Positions 11,826 to 20,000 of a stretch of DNA of 20,000 bases are shown piece by piece. The notes under the pieces were generated by a model, which was given only the letters and a program-made list of their open reading frames with translations, made no database searches and was not told the origin of the DNA. Both the position numbers and the translations under genes were made by a program. Origin of the DNA: Catajapyx aquilonaris (Eukaryota); assembly GCA_000934665.2 (NCBI GenBank), contig JYFJ02001842.1, positions 48,399 to 68,398 on the forward strand, in the 5' to 3' direction. The stretch's first letter is position 1. Each line of letters begins with the position of its first letter.

Positions 11826-11897
11826 ATGGCGACGGGTGTGGACGACGGGGTTTTGCAACGTCGGCTGCCGACCTTGCCCAAGGACTCCAAAGACAAA
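11826..11897 (+). CDS. Candidate internal alternative first exon (MATGVDDGVLQRRLPTLPKDSKDK) for an RA+SARAH-only isoform
   Basis: ACC-ATG-G Kozak; donor AAA|GTATGC (same intronic hexamer as the 12893 donor), phase 0, in frame with the 12703 exon. Confidence 0.5.
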
Positions 11898-12702
11898 GTA
11901 TGCTGGAAAATTGATTTAAGGGCGGACGTCATCTGCTGGTTATGCCACCCACTGTAGTTTTAGGTGTTCCTCTGGGGGCGTCTGGGCAGGACCGTGTGAT
12001 TCTAGGGAGGTCCTTGCGAATCATTAAATTGTGGGTATCGGGTGGGTGCTGTAGCACCTTGAGCGGCAGCCAGAAGCCTGGTAGAATGTATTTGGTGTGC
12101 GGGGGGAATGAGGGCAATTGGATTTTAGCTCGTGGCCGAGGCGATGTAATTGCATCTAGTATTTTGCGCGTGTATGTGCAGTCGGCTCGAGTGAAATTCT
12201 TGCTTGCTCACCAGAGTAACACATATCCACACAAAAATTTCAGTGTAACCTAGATCATTTTTTTGGGCAGGCTCCCAATTCAGAGTAATTGGCCTCCTTT
12301 TTTAAATGTTGGGTTCCGTATTTTTGTTGGCCTGATGGAAAGGTGGGCCTATGTGGTATTTTTTTTAATGTATGTGTTTGATGGAGCGGCGAGTTCGCGT
12401 GTGGGGAAGTTGACTCGGCCCGGACATATACCTAGAGGGAATTGCCGACTATTTCTGGTGCTTGTGTGGAAAGGAGGTCGATGTGTATCACTGCACACCA
12501 ACCACTCTCATCTAACGCCAATAAAACCAGCCCTTTACCATGCTGGACTATATAATAGCAGTTTAAATTTTATTAATGTGCACTTAAATCAAAGGAGAAC
12601 CGGAATGTATGGGCATGAAATTCAGGGAAATAATATTATACCTGTTAGCGGTTATTTGTTACCCTTAAATTATGGTGATTAAAATTTTCCATCAACTTAC
12701 AG

Positions 12703-12893
12703 GAAGCAGATGGAACTACATTCCGTGGCTTCATTCGGGTGCACCTGAACTTGACCAGACCAATCAACGTGGTTGCAGGGACCCGCCCCCCTTCAATTTA
12801 TGACATCTTGAAGGAAGATGACACTCTGGAGAAGAAGACTCTCACCACCTTCTACCTGCCAAGGGACACAGTCAGAGCACTACATGTCACCAG
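12703..12893 (+). CDS. RASSF1: RASSF exon: start of the RA domain (EADGTTFRGFIRVHLNLTRPINV...FYLPRDTVRALHVT)
   Basis: Resembles RASSF1/5 DGSYTGFIKVQLKLVRPVSV...FYLPKD; TACAG acceptor and AG|GTATGC donor, phase 0/2. Confidence 0.93.
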
Positions 12894-12971
12894 GTATGCC
12901 AGAAGTGGATGCAAGCAGATAGGTGAAACCAATAGGTTGTTCACTAACCTGATTGGTGTTTGTAAGAAATA

Positions 12972-13286
12972 CAGTAGAACCCCGATTATCCGTCACCTAC
13001 GGGACTGGGGCATTGTTGGAGAACAGAAACGGTCGGATAATCCGAAGAGCAAAGGAAAACACAACAAAAAGCATATAAAATCATGAAATAATGCACAATA
13101 TTACGCTTATGAGCTTTTCTAAGAAATAGTGAAGGATTTATCTTTTACGTTCACACTCTGGTGTTTAAAATTTAACTAAGGCAATACAAAACAAATGATT
13201 AGTAGGCCTGCATTACAGTATTTAATGAGCAAAGATGCATTTATTGCTGGAGTGGGACTGTCAGATAAATGGGGTTCTATCTACTG
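12972..13286. mobile_element. Tc1/mariner-pogo (Tigger-like) non-autonomous element (MITE), about 315 bp
   Basis: TA|CAGTAGAACCCCGATTATCCG at the left end; degenerate inverted copy CAGATAAATGGGGTTCTA(TCTA)CTG at the right; right-hand TA not intact. Confidence 0.7.
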
Positions 13287-13681
13287 TCGGTGATATGAAA
13301 GGTTTGTGGGAAGATGATATGATCATTATTCTTTAGCCCTCAGCCAATTGACTGTCACTACTAATATCACCTCAACCCATTTTTCACATAACATGTATGA
13401 GCTTAAGAATTAGGAGTCAATTAAAACCTGAAGTGCATTATGAATTATTACTATAGACTGCACCGTGTCACAAGATGCACTCCAGATGTGCACTGCATAA
13501 GCTTACCTTATACAGTTATACTGCATAATTCACTGCATTCTAACGTACTGCAATGTCTGTAAAGAAATTTTTGGGCCAGGGAGTTATTTTCGGTTGCCAG
13601 AAAATGTTTGGCAATAAGCCTGTCGTTAGTGGGATTAACTAATATTTTGGGTGATATGGATGCCTCCTGAAGCCATCTTAG

Positions 13682-14151
13682 CAGTGGCGGATTTACGCAT
13701 GTGCGGAGTGTGCGGCCGCACAAGGCCCAACGGAAAATGGGGGCCCAACGACGCGGACGTAAAAAGTAAATAAATAATAAAATAAATAAAAATGCCGGCC
13801 AAGGTGGATTGCCCGTGCAAAGGAGATATTATTTTGTTAAGGTGAATTTGGTGGATAGCAAAAATCGTAATATTTGAATATGTCCAATCGAATGCTACTG
13901 ACACAACAAATGAAGATCTGCACGCCACATAAATGCCGCATTACCCATCCCAAAACACCCCAGCTCGCCTATAAGCTTGTGTGACCTTGAACCCCAAAAA
14001 ACTATGTTCTGGGATTTTTTTTGACAGTTAGGGACTTTTTCCCTGTACATTTAGGGATAACCTCATCGTTGGGTCTGGCAACACTGGATCACATGACAGG
14101 GGGCCTCACCGATTTTTGCACAGGGCCCCAGGAAGGGAAAATCCGCCCCTG
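13682..14151. mobile_element. hAT-superfamily MITE, 470 bp
   Basis: TIRs CAGTGGCGGATTT / AAATCCGCCCCTG (12/13 match); perfect 8-bp TSD CATCTTAG at 13674-13681 and 14152-14159; subterminal GGGCCC-type motifs. Confidence 0.9.
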
Positions 14152-14387
14152 CATCTTAGATTGCAGTAATCAATGCACAGATACTAGAAACGAGACCATG
14201 GCGGAGGGTTTGTTTGAACATAGTGCACCAAAAAGAAAATGCCAATGTACACACTGGAAAGGCTTAGATGAGACTGTAGACAAGACCGTCAACAGCCAGT
14301 GTGAATGGTCCTTCCTGAAGAGTCAGGCGTATACTTGTTGTCCAAGTGAAACCTAGCATGATTTAATTATGTGACTTTGATTGGCAG

Positions 14388-14503
14388 TGAAACCACGGCT
14401 CAAGAAGTGATTCGATCTCTGCTCAAGAAGTTCAAGGTGGTTGACAACCCAAGGAAGTTTGCTCTCTATGAGAGATACTATGATCATGGGGAGACCACAA
14501 AAG
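14388..14503 (+). CDS. RASSF1: RASSF exon: RA domain (ETTAQEVIRSLLKKFKVVDNPRKFALYE)
   Basis: Resembles RASSF1 EVIEALLRKFLVVDDPRKFALFE; GGCAG acceptor and AAG|GTAATG donor, phase 2/1. Confidence 0.93.
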
Positions 14504-14584
14504 GTAATGGTTATACACCATGCAACAGTATTGAGGAGTTACATTTGGAGTTTGACATTTTGCTGAGAGCCATGACTATTCCAG

Positions 14585-14703
14585 TGAAGATGCGTCTAAT
14601 TGCGGACAATGAGAGGCCCTTGATTCTTGCTCTGCTGTGGGGATGTGAACAGAACTGCAACAAGCGGTTCGTCCTGCAGGAAAACGAAACTGGGGACATA
14701 TTG
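14585..14703 (+). CDS. RASSF1: RASSF exon: end of the RA domain (VKMRLIADNERPLILALLWG...FVLQENETGDIL)
   Basis: FVLQENETG resembles RASSF FVLKENETG/FVLKENDSG; TTCCAG acceptor and TTG|GTGAGT donor, phase 1/0. Confidence 0.9.
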
Positions 14704-15411
14704 GTGAGTCTTGTCAGAGTGTTTAGTGACCTTAAGCTTAATGTGTTCCTCATTCTTTTTACACACTTTATTGATGAAAAAATAACACACACTGTTCTTC
14801 AGTATCTCTGCAAAGATGTTCAGGTTTACATTGGGTTTTGCCATTTCTTAGTTTCTGCTTTAGCCATTTTCCAACCTATAAAAAAGAAAATTATTGAAAG
14901 TTCCTAAAGTTTTCAGATGCCACTAAAAATTTAAAACAAAAAATTGCAGATTGTAACTTTCAAATCTGGATTTTCGCAAGTCAGAATGCTGCAAATACGA
15001 AAAGGCTGTGCTGAGAGCATAATTATAACATCATTAAGAACAACCTCTCCTAAAAATTACTGCTTCAGGTTCTTTATCAAAACCTGTCTTGGTTACATCG
15101 TTTCTAAGAAATGGTGCTCAATAACATATAAAAAGTTAGGTTGAAAAATCTCAAGTAGCTTCACAAAGTTGAAGACTGTTTTTTGCACTAATGGAAAATC
15201 AGCTTCATGGATTTTTGAGAATTTTAATTGCACTTACATACTCTGAACTTCTTTGATGGCCCTTTGACGATCTTAGTTATCGCAGTTCTGCAATAAAACT
15301 CCTTGAAAAAAAGTTGTTCTTAAGTCCCGGAATGTTCTCTTGGCAAGTTCTTTGCAATTCATAACGAGCTGTGCACGTGACATTTTAACCAACATCTGGT
15401 GCTTCTTGCAG

Positions 15412-15693
15412 TGGGAAGCGTTCACCCTTCCAGAACTGAACAACTTCCTAAAAATTCTGGACCGTGAGGAGGAGGAATACAAGCGACAGGTGCGTCAAAA
15501 GTACAAGCTGATGGAACTGAAGATCAGGGAGGCAATGGAAAGGCTGTGTCCAGCACAGGGAGACGAAGCAGCATCGCAAGATCTTGTGACCCTTCGCCCC
15601 AAAGGGGCGGCTGTTGCTGCCTGCTATCCACAGAGGGAGTCATCTGTTGATGAGGACGACTCAGATGGCACTCTTAAGAGTTTGGCTACATGA
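15412..15693 (+). CDS. RASSF1: RASSF terminal exon: SARAH domain (WEAFTLPELNNFLKILDREEEEY...) plus C-terminal tail; stop TGA
   Basis: Resembles the RASSF1 SARAH start WDAFSMPELHNFLRILQREEEEH; TTGCAG acceptor, phase 0. Confidence 0.93.
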   Translation, partial: WEAFTLPELNNFLKILDREEEEYKRQVRQKYKLMELKIREAMERLCPAQGDEAASQDLVTLRPKGAAVAACYPQRESSVDEDDSDGTLKSLAT

Positions 15694-17189
15694 GGGCAGT
15701 AGTTAAATAATATTGAGCAGGGAATCATTCACTGGAGGTACCATGTTTTTTTTTGTAAAAGTTCACCAAGCAATAGGAAGTACGAATAAGGGTTGAAAGG
15801 TGCAGACTGGTAGTTAGCTGCATGTTTTGCTGGCAAGAATCTCGAATTGGTTACGTCTAGTCAGTTTTTGGAGTGGTCTTAGAGTGAGCTCCCAGTTGCT
15901 TTAACGTTTCTTTCATGTGTATTTCAGACGGGTGAATAACTTGTAGTTTTATACACCATCAGGAGTCTTTCTGTTGTTGCTTCAAGGTAGGGATTTTCTA
16001 GGCTCGCAGGAAGAACCAGGATCTGTTTTTTAACCCTCATCATGCAGACATTTCTAGACTAAAAGTAGTCTGTAGCAAAATAAGACAGAAAAAAAGAAAA
16101 AGGCTGATGATATTTTGTGAAGCGGAAGTTTTAACCATTTAGGAGCCCTTTGCAGAACTTTCCTTCTGTCGGGCCAGATATGTCCCAAGAAGAAGTTCTC
16201 ATCAAATCCATGTGTTACACAACAATCCTGAGGAATATTAAAAACTAGAGGCCTTAACTTAGTGCACTTGCAGAATCTTGAAGACTACAAGCCAGTAATA
16301 CAGTACATCACTCAGCCGTTTCAGTGAAACACCCGTGGTAATCTACATGCAAAGCAAGGTAGCACTTGAATACTGTAACTTTTTGTGATTATGTAATTTT
16401 TTAAAAAGTCTCCGTCTTTAGTACCGGCACCTATACTGCCATAATTGATAGTTGGGCTAGTTGAAGTAAATATGTTAAGCGTAAGTGGAAGAAAGAAAAT
16501 GTACAACCCAAGATTTTGTGTGACTAATTTATTAAGATGCAAAACGTGTTCCTCCATCTCAAGTTTTGAGTTAGTTTGTAGTGGGAAGGTTGGTTTAATC
16601 CTTGAAACGTTGTGCCAAATGCGGCGTAATATTGTCTCGCGTTAAAGGAGTTTTTGGAAAAGGTTCCAAAGAAGTGGTTTCAACATGCCCACCAAATGGC
16701 TCTGCGCAACAATTCCCTCTTTTTTTTAAATAGTACAAAACTACAAGTTGTATGCACAAGGGAGCTGTAAAACTGGTCTGTTGGGGCATGTGCATTTTGA
16801 ATATTAATGTGGTTTGTAACCTTTTGAATGAGGGCTGACAGGTTGACCTGTCATTTAGGACATGTATAGTTTGTACAGGAAACATGAAGTAAAGTACTTG
16901 ATCCTCTTTGATTGCAGTTATCTTTAATGGTAAACAGTTCAAGTCCAGGTTTGTATATTGAGGTATGCTCAGGTATGCTGTATTAGTACTATTAGAGATG
17001 GGACTATCGATATATATCGCACTTCCATATATCGATAGTATTGGATATCGATGGCTCAAAATCTTTTTCTTTACAGAGCCAACTGTACTCATCAAATGGC
17101 ATGATTTGTAGTAGTTTCAAACTACACAAAATTAGATTATTTTTAAATCAGTATCAGTACAATTCATTTGAATGTTTAATGAGTTTTAC

Positions 17190-17745
17190 ATTCAGTATGT
17201 CATAATTTAATGGGCATGAAATTATTGTCATACTGTATACATCAATGATAGAATATAACCTGTTTCACATGTGCATTATGCAAATGTGAAGTTTTTCTAA
17301 GTTTTATGCACTTATTTCCCCACAGTCATGAATAATGAAAGCAAAGTGAATTGATATATTCTTAGTTTCACCATTAGCTCTTGGTTTCACAGGAGAAAGA
17401 GATGATCATGCTCTTAGTCACCAGGTGGTAAATCAACATTTCTCTTATTTACGATGCAAAATAGCAGTAGTTTTAAGTGGGCTACAATTAATGAAAAAAT
17501 GTCTTTGTCATATTTGGATGTCCTATATTTGGACGAGTCTACTTTCAATGTATTCATTTTGTTATACTGTATAATCAGTACATATAATTTAATAAGCTAG
17601 AAATTATTGATTTTTATCTTTTACAATCTAATCCTGTCTCACATGTGCATTATGCAAATGTGAAGTTTTAGCAAATTTGGTTTTACCACTGTGAATAATG
17701 GAACCAAATTGCATGATCCTTATTATTTGTTCACTGGAGGAACGT
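17190..17745. repeat. Degenerate direct duplication, offset about 374 bp, with a 31-bp identical core
   Basis: TCACATGTGCATTATGCAAATGTGAAGTTTT at 17265-17295 and 17639-17669; patchy flanking matches (ATAATTTAAT, GAAATTATTG, TGAATAATG). Outer limits are approximate. Confidence 0.7.
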
Positions 17746-17925
17746 AGGTCTAAAATTCGGAGTTGCTAGTTGGTTACTCACTCTCAGTATTTATCTTGCC
17801 CTATTGTATTTGGAAATCAGTAACAGAGAGGCCTACAATTTACTAATGAGACATCAGCAATTTGTGTGGGGTGTTTTAATTCCAGAAAATCCATTTCTTT
17901 TTAATATGTTGATGTTATTGAGATA

Positions 17926-18206
17926 CGAGGGCGAATCGGAAAGTAATTGAAGACGTTTTTAATTCAGATGTTTCACTTGAGAAACTGAAACTGAGATACA
18001 CACATGAAAGGGCAAGTTTTCTTCTAATTTTAGACATAGGCATCATACACTTTGGTGCACTGGTCCTAGCGGGACACAAGTTTTTCCATACCCCTGCAGG
18101 AAAAAGCGTCAGGCTGGGTGGGAAGCCAGTGACTGATGCCCTCTCACTTCGATGCGCTGAATTTATGACCTGCCAGGTGCTTCTTCATTGGTCCAAAGAG
18201 ATGGTA
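17926..18206 (-). mobile_element. Decayed mariner 3' remnant: one TIR plus a transposase C-terminal pseudogene fragment (18024-18206)
   Basis: TA|CGAGGGCGAATCGGAAAGTAA is a mariner-type end. The minus strand reads YHLFGPMKKHLAGHKF, then after a frame break HWLPTQPDAFSCRGMEKLVSR*DQCTKVYDAYV*, matching the mariner DYHLF..LK..L.G..F / WL..Q...GI.KLV.RW.KC....YVEK tail. Confidence 0.88.
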
Positions 18207-18330
18207 GACCATGGTTTAAACCACATATTTTTATGAAAAAAGAAGCACTAGGCCACTAGCTTCTCAAGACCTGATGTGTCGAAATGTAGACTGTGTGTGT
18301 GGTGTGGAGTTAAGCCCCTATTCCATGGCC

Positions 18331-19091
18331 AAGTACTTGTGCACAAGTGGGGGTGCGCACCTGCGCAGTTGCCCTCCCCCACCTTCCACCCTCGACTTGC
18401 GTAGAATTGAGGGCCTCTCAATTCAACCGCTCAAGTACTATCAGTCCACCAAGAATTGTCGCAGCGGCAGTGCACGAACTACAGTTACGAGCACTTCCAG
18501 GGGGAGAAGTCAATGGAGAAGTGCTCGTAGACTGTAGTTCTTGCGCTGCCGCTGCGATAATTCTTGGTGGACTGATAGTACCAATCAGGTTGAGGCAGGG
18601 GGAACCCTCCTACCAATCACAAAAGAAACATTTCCAAGCTTCTCTCTTGACCATGAAAACCTGGGATATGACACCATGACACTATGGCAGTAGACAGTGT
18701 GCCACCAGAAAGCCCAACAGATACGCCGATTGCATGCAATTCTCACTTACGGTACTCCACTTTTATCATTTTGCGCAACTGTACAAGATTTACCAGCAGC
18801 TTTTGGTGGTGGCTCCAGCCTGAAAATACTCCATAAGGTGCCTAGAACTAGGGGAGAAAATAAAATTGCTTTTAACACGAGTGCATAATTCTGTCAAAAC
18901 TTTGAATTAAGCCACCAGACTATTTAAGACGGTCCATTTCAAGCCAGACCATGGTCTTATGCCAGAGGATTCAAGCAGGAGAGGACTCGTGCCATCTTGG
19001 ACTTGTGTGGCTGCTTGGGTGGGCGCTTGAACATGGAATGGTTTTGAGCAAGTTGGCGCAGGCGCACACCCCCACTTGTGCACAAGTACTT
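18331..19091. repeat. 36-bp inverted repeat pair (18331-18366 / 19056-19091), probably MITE-derived
   Basis: 34/36 identity; each copy contains the palindrome ACTTGTGCACAAGT; no TSD resolved. Confidence 0.75.
18435..18581. repeat. Near-perfect fold-back hairpin (arms 18435-18497 and 18518-18581, 20-nt loop), likely a TA-flanked MITE
   Basis: Arms differ by 3 substitutions and 1 indel; TA|CTATCAGTCCACC...GGTGGACTGATAG|TA. Confidence 0.85.
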
Positions 19092-19221
19092 CCAGGCTTT
19101 ATGTGGAGTGATGACTTGGCGGGGTGCACTGCTGTGCACCTTGGTATCGCTGGGAGGCAATATTGATATATCGATACTTTGTTGAAAAGTCCCATCTCTA
19201 TGCTGTATGTACATCATCCTA

Positions 19222-19227
19222 TTTATT
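19222..19227 (-). terminator. Putative polyadenylation signal (AATAAA) of the TUSC2 homologue
   Basis: TTTATT on the + strand, about 100 nt downstream of the TUSC2 stop. Confidence 0.55.
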
Positions 19228-19325
19228 ATTGCATATTTATATTATCATTATTATGTGCACTGTACAAAATGGAGGACAAATGCTCCAGCGAGTCTTTCAC
19301 AACACGAGACACTGACACTGCAGCT

Positions 19326-19391
19326 TCAGCCCTGGTAGAGAATTACAGGAAAGTCCACATGCAGTCGAGGGTGCTGGTACTTGACCATTCC
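19326..19391 (-). CDS. TUSC2: TUSC2/FUS1 homologue, last exon (GMVKYQHPRLHVDFPVILYQG*)
   Basis: Resembles the human TUSC2 C-terminus GIVKLDHPRIHVDFPVILYEV; TTTCAG acceptor, phase 0. Confidence 0.93.
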   Translation of the reverse strand, partial: GMVKYQHPRLHVDFPVILYQG

Positions 19392-19729
19392 CTGAAACAA
19401 GATCATTGATCATTAATTATCATTTAAGAATGTACATGTTGGATGAACGGTTAGATACCATCACGACAGTTCCCTATGAGGGGTAGTCAGCGATATGAAG
19501 GGAGACACAAGCTAACCCAACATATGAACTAAATTAAAACTTGTGAAAATAAAACTATAAACAACCCGTCCCACCCCTGCCCATCTCAGATGACAGACAC
19601 TGAATAATATTAAATTTAAATATTACACTACGCAATACGGTACTTCACCAATTGCAATTACTCTTAAGTGAGTCACCATACTCCAAGGTAAGTGCAACTG
19701 ACATTGACGTGAGTTCAATCATCAATCAC

Positions 19730-19847
19730 CTGTGGTCTGAGGTTGTCTGCCACCCTTCTCATGGTGGCCTTGCATCCTTTCCTGGGAGGCGGCGCTTCCT
19801 CGTAGAACTCGTGTGCCAGGTCTCCGTCCTCGTCAAAGTACATGGAC
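19730..19847 (-). CDS. TUSC2: TUSC2/FUS1 homologue, middle exon (SMYFDEDGDLAHEFYEE...RRVADNLRPQ)
   Basis: Family signature DEDGDLAHEFYEE; CCCCAG acceptor and CAG|GTGATT donor, phase 2/0. Confidence 0.95.
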
Positions 19848-19922
19848 CTGGGGGAAATGGGAGAGTGTGAGTGAATGAGCGTGGCCTGCTGGGCATCACA
19901 ACAACAGTGTATACGACCATAC

Positions 19923-20000
19923 CCGTTCCTATAGAGTACGAATGGGGTGCCCCTGGTGCGTGCCAGCGCCCTGGCCTCCGACTCCGTGGGGCAGCCCGAG
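19923..20000 (-). CDS. TUSC2: TUSC2/FUS1 homologue, upstream exon truncated by the window edge (...SEARALARTRGTPFVLYRNG)
   Basis: Resembles human ALVRPRGRAVPPFVFTRRG; donor GG|GTATGG, phase 2, completes Gly with the next exon. Confidence 0.88.

Larger units (their letters stand above)
16993..19200. mobile_element. Putative hAT-like non-autonomous element (~2.2 kb) with nested insertions
   Basis: Perfect 13-bp terminal inverted repeat TAGAGATGGGACT / AGTCCCATCTCTA, with TATCGATA motifs inside both ends. The 8-mer TGCTGTAT abuts the right end (19201-19208) and lies 9 nt before the left end (16976-16983). Confidence 0.65.

Noticed and set aside
18206..18955. AGACCATGGT direct repeat as a possible TSD
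   Set aside because: It crosses the 18331/19091 inverted repeat pair and has no TIRs inside.
18274..19217. ORFs sharing KYLCTSGG / STCAQVGV peptides on opposite strands
   Set aside because: Artefact of translating the 36-bp inverted repeat.
1..20000. Prokaryotic systems (CRISPR array, operon, defence island) or tRNA/rRNA genes
   Set aside because: No repeat-spacer array or RNA gene seen; spliceosomal introns and animal gene families explain the window.

Overview
Animal genomic DNA, probably invertebrate (species not determinable), with two convergent spliced genes. On the + strand is a RASSF1/3/5-type gene (half C1, RA and SARAH domains). Its six shared exons run from 10296 to 15693 and are preceded or interrupted by several candidate alternative first exons. 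The best is 3219-3876, encoding a 219-aa N-terminus with a myristoylation signal and many short motifs; two internal ones (11044, 11826) would give C1-less isoforms. The exon for the first half of C1 is not in the window. On the - strand is a TUSC2/FUS1 homologue (exons 19923->20000, 19730-19847, 19326-19391). RASSF1 and TUSC2 are also neighbours at human 3p21.3, suggesting ancient microsynteny. DNA-transposon relics: a pogo/Tc1-like MITE and a hAT MITE with perfect 8-bp TSD in one RASSF intron, and a ~2.2-kb hAT-like element between the genes that contains a mariner remnant, a 64-bp-arm hairpin and another inverted repeat. All exon structures are predicted by eye.
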